Source of the DNA: Pristiophorus japonicus
Lineage: Eukaryota
NCBI RefSeq assembly: GCF_044704955.1
Contig: NW_027252090.1
Coordinates: 248,001 to 312,000 of the forward strand
Direction: 5' to 3'
Length of the DNA: 64,000 bases
The position numbers were made by a program, and so were the translations under genes. The notes below the pieces were generated by a model, which made no database searches, was not told the origin of the DNA, and was given only the letters and a program-made list of their open reading frames with translations. This document shows positions 1-11,903 of this stretch, in pieces; positions within the stretch are counted from its first letter, which is position 1; every line of letters begins with the position of its first letter.

Positions 1-411
1 CCTTTACGCCCGTCTATCGATCCTTCTGCCCGAACGCATTTGCGCTCAGTATAATGGCTTCACCCCCAGGTTGAAGAGCTCTACATGGAATTTACACTGG
101 TTCAAAACGAGTGTCAAATCAAATCCAGGATTATAGTTGCAACAGGAAACAAAGTTAATTTTCTGGTGTCTTATGATTTTGGGGTTGATGAAAATGTGCA
201 GGAACCAGTAGCCCCCCGCCCACCCCACCCCCCCGGCAGAGCAGAAGTAAAAGGTCGTGGTAAGGGAATTTGAAGGGGTCTTTTGTCATGGGGAATAAAT
301 TGCAATACTGATGTGAAGTAGTTTTCTTTTAAATTTCTGTCATTAGTGAGCTTTTATCATGTCTAGTGAGAGAGAGTAAGGAGGGAATATAACCGCAGGA
401 CAGTAATAGTG

Positions 412-945
412 TCATAGGAACAGGAGAAGTCCATTCAGCCCATCCATCCTGTTCTGCCATTCAATCAGATCATGGCTGATATCTACCTCAACACCATCTA
501 CCCGCTTTGGTTGTGCATCCCTTTACACCCTTGCCTAACAAAGATCTATCAATCTCAGTTTTGACATGTTCAATTGACCCCTACCCTCAACAGCTTTGGG
601 AGGCCGGGGGTCGGGTGGGGGGGAGAGAGTTCCAGATGTACACGAGACTTTGTGTGAAATTATCCTTCCTGACATTACCCCTGAATGGTGTAGATCTACT
701 TTTAAGGTTCTGTCCCTAGTTCTGAAGTACCGCACCAGAGGAAATATTTTCTCGCTATCTACCACATCAGTTCCATTTATCAACGTAAACACCTCAATTA
801 CATCGCCTCTTCACATTCTACACAAAGGAATACAAGCCTAACCCGTCCTCATCATTTAGCCGTTTTAGCCCGAATTTGATTTGCACCCGCTCTAAAGCCA
901 GTTTATCCATCCTGCGGTGCGGTGCCCAGAACTGAATGCTCTGTT
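412..945 (-). mobile_element. CR1-clade LINE 3' fragment
   Basis: Minus ORF 535-792 (DVVDSEKIFPLVRYFRTRDRTLKV) resembles the CR1 ORF2 C-terminus; reverse-complemented CR1 3' UTR (gccattcaatcagatcatggctgat). Confidence 0.75.
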
Positions 946-959
946 CTAAAAAGGCAGAT

Positions 960-1670
960 CATAAAATCATAGACATTTTCAGCATGGAAAGAGGCAATTT
1001 TGGCCCATCGTGTCCGCGCCGGCCAAATAAGAGCAATCCAGCCTAATCCCACTTTCCAGCTCTTGGTCCGCAGCCCTGTAGGTTCATTGCATATCCAATA
1101 TATTTGTTTAATGTGCTGAGGGTTTCAGCCTCTAACACCCTTTCAGGTAGTGATTTCGAGACCCACACTACGTTCTGGATGAAGACATTTCCTCTCATAT
1201 CTCCTCTAAACCTCGCCCCAATTACTTTAAATCTGTGTCCCCTGGTTGTTGACTCATCTGCCAAGGGTAACAGGTCCTTCCTATCCACTCCATCAAGGCC
1301 CCTCATAATCTTATACATCTCAATCAGGTCTCCTCTGTTGCAAACAAAATAGACCCAGCCTATCCAATCTTTCCTCATAGCCAAAATTCTCCAGTCCAGA
1401 CAACTTCCTGGTAAATCTCCTCTGCACCCGTTCCAGTACAATCGCATATTTCCTGTAACCTGGTGACCAGAAATGCACGTGCTACTCCAGCTGCGGCCTA
1501 ACAAGTGTTTTGTACAGTTCAAGCATAAGCTCCTTGCTATTTTATTCCATGCCTCGACTAATATAGGTAAATATTCCGTCTGCCTTCTTAACCCACTTAT
1601 CAAGCTGGTGTGCTACCTTTAGGGATTTGTGGACATGCACTCCAAGGTCACTTTATTTGTCTACACCCTT
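960..1670 (-). mobile_element. CR1-clade LINE 3' fragment
   Basis: Minus ORF 1043-1603 contains RGDLIEMYKIMRGLDGVDRKDLLPL...TRGHRFKV, typical of the CR1 ORF2 C-terminus. Confidence 0.85.
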
Positions 1671-1974
1671 TCTAGCAATTTCTAGCAGTAGTCCTTACAG
1701 AGTAAAGGCCTGGAGACACCGACTGTCGCTCCCAATATGCTCAGGCAACTCAGGATAAAGCTGAGACTAAGGGCAAGCAGAGGGCAATCTTTGGCGAAGT
1801 GACGGAATCATGAACCGTGAGGAATCCTGAGTCAGGGCTTACACCGAAAGGAAAAACAAACTGTATGATTAGAAATTAGAAATAATTCAGTGCTTTTTTA
1901 CTAATTACGATTAAAGCCCTGACTGAGATCAGCGCTCAGAGTGATCCGGAACTTCCCGGGGCGATGTCTCTTAC

Positions 1975-2286
1975 CCGGAGATCTGGTGATAGTTCGGTTT
2001 TGGGTGATTCCTTGATGAGAGACCTGGCAGGTATAGACTGAGTGGGCGAACCATTCCGCGGCGGAGAATGTCAGCCGACTGCTCGCCGAGAAGTTCCCAT
2101 TCACCTCACATACGGGAGAGGTGATGAAGCCCGATTTCATAATTTGTCCATTCTTCAGCCAATTCACGGTCAGTGAGTTTGGATGGAAATCGATGATTGA
2201 ACACACGGCGGTTGCAGATCTGCTACTGGTGATTTCTTCCTTGGAACTCAAGGTAAGGATAACAGCTGGATGATGTACCACAGGAC
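1975..2286 (-). CDS. IGHM: Ig heavy chain constant exon CH2, IgM (mu)-type
   Basis: Acceptor ttgcag| at 2287-2288, donor |gtaaga at 1973-1974, 312 nt, phase 1/1. (G)[103 protein letters not shown] has the C1-set C-W-C pattern and closely resembles horn shark Cmu2 as I recall it ([31 protein letters not shown]...YTCQVSHQG). Confidence 0.93.
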
Positions 2287-2364
2287 CTGCAAGAAAATAC
2301 ATTTTATGACGATTATTTGTTACAATCCAAACAATTAAGAACTTTAAAGTGGTTTTTAACATAT

Positions 2365-3262
2365 AATCTACATCACCGAAACAGACCATAAGGCCCAACA
2401 GGCCTATGTTTATGTTCCACATGGGCTTCCTCTCTCCCGATTGCCTACCCGCTATCAACATAACCTTAGATGCCTTTCTCCCTCGTGTACTTATCTAGAT
2501 TCCCCTGAAACGCATCTCTGATATTCGCCTCGTATTCCATGTGGCAGGGAGTTCCATATTTTACCAATTCCTTGGGTGAAGAACTTTCTCCTGGACTCCC
2601 TATTGGATTTATTAGTGAATATCTTATATTTATGGCCCCAATATCGGGCTCCTGTTCAAGCAAAATATTTTATCTACGTTTAACCTTTAAATCGCTTCAT
2701 AATTTTAAAGACCACCATTTGATCACCACTCAGCCTTCCCTTTTCTGGAGAAACGAATCCCACTCCGTTCAGCAATTAGTGACAGTTGCAATTTTTCAGT
2801 TCTGGTGTCGTCCTTGTGCCTCTGTATCATACTTATAATATGGAAACCAGCACTATGCACATTACAGTTGATATGATCCGGAGATTAGAGCAGTGCACAG
2901 TACTCTATATGTGATATGGAGACCAGACATGTGCGTAGTACTCTGAGTGTGATATGGAAACCAGAACTATGCTCGAATTTTGATTTGGAGATCGTAATGC
3001 ACACTGAGATCTGTTATGGTGACCAGACCTGTATGCAGAACTCTTAATATGTTATGGAGATCTTATCAGTGTACAATACTCTAAATATGATGTGGAAACC
3101 AGACCTGTACGCAGCACTCACTGTGCGATATGAAGACCAGAGCTGTGCAATGACTCGAAGTGTAAGATGGAGACCAGAACTGTGCACATTACTCAAAGTC
3201 TGGTCTAACCAAGGTTGTATACAAGTTGAACATATTATCTCTGCTTTTCACAATTTGCCTTC
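2365..3262 (-). mobile_element. Degenerate CR1 LINE 3' fragment filling most of the CH1-CH2 intron
   Basis: [16 protein letters not shown] (CR1 'KSREVMLNLYKTLVRP') just after the CH1 donor; CR1 3' end features ([16 protein letters not shown]) at 2466-2663. Confidence 0.75.
2832..3205. repeat. ~38-bp tandem array (~10 copies) derived from a CR1 segment
   Basis: gga(g/a)accag-like anchors at about 2842, 2880, 2918, 2956, 2987, 3018, 3056, 3094, 3132 and 3169. Consensus gatatggagaccagaactgtgcacagtactctaagtgt is the reverse complement of the CR1 'HLEYCAQFWSPY' codons. Confidence 0.8.
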
Positions 3263-3283
3263 CTTGTATCCCACAGCACTCAC

Positions 3284-3583
3284 CTGGCATTTTTACGTCC
3301 CAGACCGAGTCACCTCTTCGAACCTCGCAGTAGATTGCGCTACTCCCCACCAATGACTTGCTGATGGTTAACTGGCTGCTCAGTGTGTAGGCTCCCTTCT
3401 TGTTGAGGACTGACGGGTAGGTCTTCAATCCAGTGGTGATCGGCGCTTCTTCTGACCTCCAGGAAAGGCTGGTGATTTCCGGGGAGTAGTCCATCGCTAA
3501 GCAGCCATAGGTGACAGGGCCGCCAGTGTCGGGTTGTTCACAGGAGGAGAGCAGGGCATAGAGTTTGGGAGCAGATGGTGTCG
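3284..3583 (-). CDS. IGHM: Ig heavy chain constant exon CH1, IgM (mu)-type
   Basis: Acceptor ctttcccag| at 3584-3585, donor |gtgagt at 3282-3283, 300 nt, phase 1/1. (A)[99 protein letters not shown] shares the [23 protein letters not shown] and IYCEVRRG motifs of shark Cmu1. The N-terminal Cys for light-chain linkage (SSCEQ) is retained. Confidence 0.93.
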
Positions 3584-4019
3584 CTGGGAAAGATTGGCCA
3601 AGTGGACAAGTTAGACTCTGTAATCAGTGCTTATAAAATAACCAAACAACTAAACGTTTCACTACGGGGTAAACTAAATCCATCATTTACCGATCAAACC
3701 CGACGTCAACATTTGAATTACAAGGAGTTATGAGACCCGACGTGAAACGCCTCCACGTAACTCCAGTCTCGTACATAAGGATAGTCACGAGACTTAAAGG
3801 GGCATTCTGTCCAGCAGGCCCCTTTTTACGGAGTGAATGCTGGGATATTGTATCGTGGATTTCTTGCTGCTATTATGGAACTCTCCTCTCAATCTCCAAT
3901 CACTTTCACAGTAAATTATTTCACATTATATATTCTGAGTTCCTCCCTGCATCCTTTTGCTCTCATAATCATATTAGCAGCACGAAATCAGGCCATTCCA
4001 TGATATTAAAGTGAAGTCA

Positions 4020-4213
4020 ACTCTCCATTTTAAGATGCTGTTTAAACTAACCTCTTGGACCAAGATTTTTGTCAATTACCAGAATCACTGCTGACCATAC
4101 TAAAGAAAACTGCTTATGTGGCCTGATATCAAATTTTACCTCCTTAAGCTCGTATGAATCGTCTTGCGACGTTTCACTACATTAAACGCGTTATATAAAT
4201 ACAATTATTGTTT
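4020..4213 (+). mobile_element. L2-type LINE/SINE 3' tail fragment
   Basis: aaactaacctcttggaccaag...cgtttcactacattaaacgcgttatataaatacaattattgtt resembles the L2-type 3' end common in sharks. Confidence 0.5.
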
Positions 4214-5374
4214 TCAGGGGATACACTTGGTTGAATAGCGGTGGGGTGAATTATCCTAATCACACAACTTCCACAGCAAGATCTACTAGTTGTATTAACT
4301 TTTTTAAAATCCCGGCATGTTTTAAACATGAGCGAGACTGATAAAATAATACAACTTTAATGCACGGAAGGAGGCTATTCGGCCCATCACGCCTCTGAAC
4401 GATCTCTCCACCAATCCCGTTCAGCTTCCAATTCCCAATCTTCTTCTCAAACGTTCAATTTTATTAAGCTGTTATGGATTCTGCATGCAGCCCTCTTTCT
4501 GATAGGACAACTCATGTCCCAACAGCACCTGTGTAGAACAGTACAATAATACCCTCTCCCTTCATTCCTTTGCTGCTGATATTCAATCAGTGCCATTTAC
4601 TCACCAACTCACCGACCTGGGGAAATATGTTTCCTGAATCCCTTCATAAAACCCTTCATAGTTCCAAAACCCCTCTATCAGACCTCATCTAAATCTTCTT
4701 TGTTCCCAGGAAAATATAGGACGTTCAAATAAATGGTTGAAGTCTCCTTTAAAATGTGAATTGATTAATTCAGCGCACAGATTTGAACCGGGAACTTTTG
4801 CACAGCCTGATATCTAGGAGTCAAGTTTGATCTCAATCGGGATTGATTCGGGCCTATCTCTTTCCTGCTCCGAATTGGAGGAAGAGCGATGCAGTATGAG
4901 TTGTGATCTGTCCCCTGTTACTGATTGGATGTCTCCTGACCTTCCTCTTCCCAATCACTCCATGAAATAATCCGAATGATGTACGGTTCCCAAAGCCGGT
5001 TATATGGAACGATGCTCTTTAAAAGCTCCATTTAATTTTACAAATTATTTTCCAGCCTCCCGCCAGTGAGAACATGCACTGCTTTCTGGGTCGTTGCAGT
5101 CACTTCTTGTTGTTGTTCGAACCGAACATAATCTAAACATCAGGACAGGTTTTCTTCTCTAAATACCTAATATTGGCAAAACTTAAACATTATAAATCGG
5201 TTGGTTATCAGCCGGGTCTATGCTAGGAAGGATAAAGAACCTGGTTACTGCTGATATGGGTATCTCTCGATTCTGGTTTGTGCGGATTACTGAAACACCT
5301 GTGGTTTATTGGTCAGATACTGAAATCTCGGTCTACACCGTAAAGTTACAGAGAGGGTCGATGATGCTGTTGCA

Positions 5375-6310
5375 ATAGATGTGTTATATATAGATGTTCA
5401 AATGGCATTTTATAAAGTATCTCATAAAAGAATTATTCGGAAAATAGAAGCACATGTGATTAAAGGGATGGAGGTAACTTGGGTATTTAATTGGCTGCGG
5501 GAGAGGAGGCAGCGAGCAGTGGTGAACAGATGTTTTTTCTGACAGAAGAGTAGTGGGGTCGCCCATTGATCGGTATGAAGAACATTGCTTTTCCTGTTAT
5601 ATATATAAATTACCTGGACTTGTTATCGGGAATACAGTTTACAAGTTCACGGATGATGCAAACTTGGCAACGTGGGAATGTGTGAGCAGGATAGCAGCGG
5701 ACTTCAGGAGTGCATCGACAGATTGGTGAAATGGGCAGGCACATGACAGATACAATTTAATGCATTTTGGAGGAACAACATGTGGAGGCAATATAATCTA
5801 ACAGGCATTAATTTGAGGGAGGTGCCAGAGCAGAGGGTCCTGGGAGTACATATTCACATCTCTTTGAAGGTGACCGGGCAAGTTGATAAGAAGTTTACTA
5901 AATTGTATGCGTTATTGCCATTGTAAAAGGGGCCTTGAATAGAGAATCACGGGTGTCATGTTCAACCTTTACAAATCACTGGTTAGACATCGGATGCAGT
6001 AGTGTATACAATTCTGACCTCCACAATTTAGAAAGGATGACAAGGCCCCAGAATGATACCAAGGACCAGAGACTTCAGTTAGGTGGAAATATTAGAAAAG
6101 CTGGGGTTGTGTATTAAAGCAGTGAAAATTAATTGGAGGCCGAATAGAGGTATTCGAAATTGAGAGAGGTTTTGTCAAAGCAAGTCAGGAGAAACGATTT
6201 CCACTGATGAGTACGTCGTTAATCAAAGGTCACAGATTTAAAATAATTGGCAAAAGAACTAGAGGGAAAATGAGGGGATTTTTTTTTAAAAGAGAGGGTT
6301 AAGTTCTAGA
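5375..6310 (+). mobile_element. Degenerate CR1 LINE fragment (RT C-half to 3' region) in the J-C intron
   Basis: DVLYIDVQMAFYKVSH (cf. D-F-KAFDKV), a KFTDD motif near 5643, and CR1 C-terminal motifs; many stops. Confidence 0.75.
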
Positions 6311-7029
6311 AAAGCTTCATCATGTTGAACACCTCTATCAGATCTATGTTTATTGTCTGTTATAGTGAAATGGGACAGTTAAAATAAAGGGACTGAGAAA
6401 TTTGGCTCAAACGATTCAATTGGATACCGTTAGAGTCTGAAAGATTATTGTGAATGGCAATTCATCGCAGGCTGAATGTATTTCTTTAAATGCTTCACAG
6501 AAATGCAGTTCAGTTACTGTGTGCCTTGTGTTATGACCCAGTCCAACAGCTGCATCTGACCTGCGTCTGTCCCGACCTGGTGCATTAAAAAAAACCAATT
6601 GAACGAAATGCTGATTTCAAACATAACGTTCCCATGACGGTTATTTGAAGCAGGAGTTCGACATTCACCAGTTAAATTGTCAAATTAACTTCCAGCCTAC
6701 CATAAGATCAGAACAGGCGCTGCTTTCTGGACCATTTCAATCTTTTCCAGAAACTGTTTGTTCTGAAATTGAACTCAAGATCAGGCCAATCTCATTCAAT
6801 CATTATCTGATACTCAAAATGTTTAACGTTTATCAATTAATCAAAAATGAAGCAGTTATTTTGCAATAAGGTTAAACTCAATTAAGGCATTGTTGTTTCA
6901 TTGGAGCAATGGAAATATTTATTTGAACATATCTGCCTTGCTAACTCGAACTTTATTAGTTGGATACAAATTAAGGCTGCGTGAATGCCCCTGGATAAAG
7001 CATTTTCAGGTCTGTTATATTACAAATAA

Positions 7030-7775
7030 TATAGAGTAAAGCTCCCTCTGCACTCTATGCTCAGCTGTATCAAGGGATTGATTTCGAGAAAAGCCATGCC
7101 AATACTGCACTGTCAAACAGTCCAGATAAGGTAGCGCACTAGTTAAATAGAGAGCAGAGCTCCATCTACTCTGTCCTACTAAACACTACCACGGCAGACA
7201 GTACACGAGTTAGATAAAGAGTAAATGTTGCCTCTACACTGTCCTATCAAAGTGTCACGGGATAGTTACAGCACGGGTTAAATACAGAGTTAAGCTCCTT
7301 ATACATTGCACAATCAGACTGACCCAGTGCAGCTACAACACGGGTTAGATAAAGAATACATTCTCCCTTTGCACGATCCCATCCAAAACTCTCAGTGTCC
7401 CAGGGCAGATACAGCAATGGTTAAATAGAGAGTAAGGCTCCCTCTACACTGCCGCATCAAACGCTCCCAGGGCATGTACAGCTTGGGATAGATAGTGAGT
7501 GCAGCTCCCTCTACACTGTCTCATCAAACACTCCGACGGCAGGTAAAGCATGCGTTAAATACAGAGTAAATCTCTCTCTACACTGTCCCATCAAACACTC
7601 CGAGGGCAGGTCTCTCCGGTTAGATACAGAGTAAAGCTCCCTCTACACTGTCGCACCAAACAGTACCGGAGCAGGTACAGCAGGGGTTAAATACAGAGTA
7701 TAGCTCTCTCTACACTGTCCCATCAGGACTCCAGGGACAGTTATAGCATGGGTTAGAAACTGATTAAAGCACCTT
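7030..7775. repeat. ~65-67-bp minisatellite (~11 copies)
   Basis: Unit ~ttagatacagagtaaagctccctctacactgtcccatcaaacactcccagggcaggtacagcacggg; anchor acagagta at 7561, 7626 and 7693. The same family recurs at ~31150-31560, 41220-41420, 55370-55570 and 58470-58610. Confidence 0.9.
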
Positions 7776-9919
7776 CAACAGTTTAACAGAAGTGTTTTTG
7801 AACTTCTGCTTCTGAATGCCAAAAATTGCGTTATTGGTCCCATTTGTGAGGTGCCTCCTCAAACTTAACCTGAAACTGTCACATTTTTCAGAGATACAAG
7901 CTTCTCAAATAAATGAGTCGAATTGTACTCAACGAAATACAAGAGGACAAACCGGAAGGTTTACAGCTAATCAGGAGGGCTCCTGATTCTCACACAGTGA
8001 GCAGGCGCACAGAAAGAGAACAGGCAAAATCTTGCTCTCAGCAGATAGATCGGTGCCATCTGTCAGTTTCAATAAAGCTGATTTACAATTGATCTCCTGT
8101 CAATTTCCGATCATCTCAAAAGTGCAATTTTTAAAAAAAATTAAACTGATATTAAGTTGGAAAACTTTCTTCGACTTCCAATCATGTCTCCCTCCATCTC
8201 TACAATCGTACAAATCCTGAAAACAATTATATCGAAATAATCTACATTCCATGGTAATTTGCTGCATTTTATCGGGACTCACTTTCAGAGTAGGAATTTA
8301 ACAAACCAGGAAACAGTTACATTGAAAACCGATTAGCCACTGGTTCAATATAATTTCATAATTAAATATAACCTGTAAAATAATCGAGGCAAAACACGAA
8401 GTTAATTCATTAAAATCTGCGGATACACCTTATCCATCTGAACAAAACTGAGTAAGACAAGTCTTGTTTACTAAGTTAATCTTAGACTTAATTTAAAATT
8501 CTCGCCAACCCTCGAGATGTTGCAGTAACTGTAATCCTCTCCAGTATACAACGCAATTGTGGGAGGTCATTAATGGTTAATGAGTTCACACTGATATTAT
8601 ACTCTAAAGTAATATTGGTGTTTGCTGATCTAATACTGCATTATAATAAAATTAGTTAATATTCATATTAATCCTGTTCCTGCTTCGTAACGTGTGACAT
8701 ATTAGCGTTTCAGTTAATTTAATATGGCACTTATCAATTTTAACATATTAAGAATCATATTAAAAGATGAAGACATTCAGACTAATATATTATGTTTATT
8801 GATTCAAATCACATTTGAATAAGTTAAAATGATCAGGAGCTTCCAATATATTCCCGCTCTCTAGCGACACATGTAAACTCTGCATGTTTCTGAACTCTCT
8901 GATACAACATAAACTCCCTCTTTTCTCAGAGTGGATTTCATATGATGGATTTAGGAGTGGAGTATTTTAAATACTTCAACGTCTGGCCGTTGTTACATCT
9001 CACTAACTATCGATGGGCTGTAACGCTGAATGTTTTCTAAATCAGGTCCCTCCAGTTTAAACATTATCCTCATTCTTAACTGTAAAATATATTTTATTAA
9101 ATAACAGGCAACAGACCAGTGTGCAGTCGGTAACATAGACTCCGCTATTTAATAACATAGATAATCTTTTTTATATTTTACTCCTGTAATTCACACAATG
9201 CCCGTAAATTAATTATTAAGCTATTTATTGAAACTACTTTCCAGAATGATCAACGTAATATTGGCGGGGAAGCATTCATTCAGGCCATCTGCGACACTGA
9301 CATTTCATGAGCAAATGGAGGAGAGATTTTGGTGATCAATTTAACGTGAATCACAGTTAAACATAACTCTTAAATGTAATGTGTTCACTCTCTATAATTC
9401 TACCCCATATGCAGCACAGCTATGGGAGACTGGATGTTGTTATTCAATTCAAAAATAACATTGACCTTCTGGTAATTAAATTAATCAGCTTTACTTTGAA
9501 TGGGTTGTGTGTCTGTCAGTCTGAACTTTCCTTGAATTTAAATAGAATCATATGAATAATGCTCTGACTGCCAGCGACGCCTAACGCTCAGGCTATCATC
9601 TTACAAACGGTGCAGATTAGTTAAGTGATAATTGTCTCGCTATGAAACAAAAAATTTAATTGAAGAAATTACATAATTTTAGAATTTAATAACCCGTCAG
9701 ATTTATGACATTTACAAACTGTAATTTACAACTCGCATTTAATTGATAATTGAATACAATCTATTGTGGATCTGTGTAAAACAGGGAGATAATTAATTTC
9801 AGACCCTCCTTGAACTGCGGTGGAATCAGTATGCTGTTATTAAAATCATTTCAGACCTAATCAGAAATTGTCGCCAGCCTCTAAAATTTTCTGCTCACGT
9901 TAATTGTGACCAATGCGCA

Positions 9920-11160
9920 GCAGAATTGTGGGATGCGAATAATGGTTAATACAAGAATATTAATTGCATCGCATATTTAGTGATATTGGGCAATATTACC
10001 GCATTATAATTGTTTGAGTTATATTTATTTAACTGCCCTTCAACCTGCAAATTTTTAATCGTAGAATTCGAAATTACAGCAACATTTCATGGATTAAATG
10101 TGTGCACCATAAAGAATAGGTTAATCGTTGAACCTGTAATTCTCACTTAAATAATAAGATGGAGAACATTATTTAGTAACGATTTTTGATTTATAAAACC
10201 TACTTTTTGTCTGCCTACAATTATCTTTGAAACTGTTTTAAACGGATCATAAAAACTTGCAGCAGTTTGATGTCATTGAGATAAACATCGCACAAAAGCC
10301 AAACAGTTTCACAAAAGTTTTGTTATTCAAAGTAACCCAGACACACTCTCTGCTCAGCAGCTAAATAGCAAACCATAGCACTGAGCGGCTGAGTACAACA
10401 ACAGAATGTTTTGTGGAGAAGCAGCTTAATTCTATAAACGGTTTCAGCGGAATCAAATGTAACATTGCCAAAAAATGTCAATGCAGTATCCAGCGAGCCC
10501 GTCTATCACTGAACGAATTAATTATTGAAATAAGTAGAAATATAAAATAATGGGAGCAGAATTGTGATTAGATGGATCATGTTAATAAATTAATATTGAT
10601 ATAGGATATTGTTGTGCTATTGCGCGCTATTTCTATTAATTTGTATTAAGTTCAATCTGATTCATATCACAAATATATTAATTATATAGTTCTTCATTAC
10701 AGTAACATTCCACATATATGAGCATTCGTCAACTTTTGATCAATAAATGACATTGCAATTATCAAAAAATAAAACACAATACAATATCTTACATTTACTT
10801 ATAACATCTAAAGCATTCTGTTTCTGCCTAAAATCATCTTTCAAACACATTTAAATATAATATTTGTATTTGATCAGAAAACATGCAGCAATTAGATGTT
10901 GCAGAGACTAAGCATTGCAGAAACACCAAAGGATTTAACAACCATTGGGTGTTTGAACTAACCAAGGCACAGAGTCCCATCAGCAGATAAACACCAAATC
11001 ACACCAATCTGGGGATCAATCCCTCAACAACATGTTCTGTGGAGAAGCAGTTTCTTTCCATAAAAGCATTGCAGCAGAATCAAATGAAACATAGCAACAA
11101 ATCTCAGTACAGAACTCAGCGAATCAGTGAATTATTGAAATACACAGAAATATACAATAA
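9920..11160. repeat. Old tandem duplication, two ~620-bp AT-rich units next to J
   Basis: Paired anchors: gcagaattgtg 9920/10556, attacagYaacatt 10073/10696, tctgccta 10210/10823, gtggagaagcag 10413/11039, attattgaaata 10521/11131. Confidence 0.8.
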
Positions 11161-11202
11161 AGACGCAAATTCCACAGTTGCTGAAGAGTGAATGTTTCTT
11201 AC

Positions 11203-11250
11203 CTGCTGTCACTGTCACCATGGTGCCTTGTCCCCAGTAGTCCATGCCGT
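11203..11250 (-). CDS. IGHJ: JH gene segment (GMDYWGQGTMVTVTA), IgM-type
   Basis: WGxG motif; donor |gtaaga at 11201-11202 (phase 1, matching the CH1 acceptor); preceded by a 23-RSS. Confidence 0.95.
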
Positions 11251-11289
11251 CACAGTGTTACATTCCCGGGGCTGGGTCACACAATAACC
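11251..11289 (-). promoter_or_regulatory. J 5' recombination signal (23-bp spacer)
   Basis: Plus strand CACAGTG (11251-11257) + 23 nt + ACAATAACC (11281-11289). Confidence 0.95.
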
Positions 11290-11614
11290 GGCACTGCGTA
11301 AAACAGACAGCAATCCAACATTAGTTTAAATATTCACATCCCAGAGGCAAAGTAAAACCACAATGGATCTTCATAAAATGATAAATGTATTAATGGATAT
11401 TGTTCACTCTTTATAAATGCACTGGTGTTATATATTTCACAGAGCAACCCGTGAACAGTTCATGAAATTTTCCAACTGATCAATGAATAATGATCAGTTT
11501 ATCCATATTAAACTGTGCTGGTAGTACAGTGCTGGACATAAATAGGACTTCACTGCAGATACAGTGGATTGAGAAAGCGAGCACTGACCCAGACCTACTC
11601 AATTAGTGCTGAGG

Positions 11615-11683
11615 GGTTTTTGTATTGACAGTAATTGCTGTGCCACCCACTGTACCACAGTGAGACACGCCGTGCCAAATACT
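11615..11683 (-). other. IGHD: DH2 segment (coding 11643-11655, GTACAGTGGGTGG) with 12/12 RSS
   Basis: Minus strand AGTATTTGG-12-CACTGTG [13 nt] CACAGCA-12-ACAAAAACC. Confidence 0.92.
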
Positions 11684-11903
11684 TCAGCTGACAGTTAACT
11701 GTAAAATACAGAGACTAAATTGCACAGTGCTCTAAAAAACTTCTTTTCGACTCCCATAAGAGTGCAGCAGCCAGATATTTCAAGTTGTGCTGGTCATTTT
11801 ACAAATCTATTTTAGTTCGACCCATTGCTTGTTTTCAAGCCTCGTTTGCTTCGAATCTCCTGCGGTGGCAATGATCGCAGGCGTGTGCAAACTCCGTGTG
11901 GGG

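Noticed and set aside
1-410. CH3/CH4 or TM exons at the left edge
   Set aside because: No Ig C1-set or CART motifs recognisable; these exons presumably lie outside the window.
1901-1974. CH2 read-through ([24 protein letters not shown]) as a secretory tailpiece
   Set aside because: No penultimate Cys or N-glycan site and no resemblance to IgM/IgW tails; a good gtaaga donor is present.
7993-8032. CACAGTG heptamer in the J-C intron as an extra RSS or J
   Set aside because: No acceptable nonamer at 12 or 23 nt and no adjacent WGxG coding sequence.
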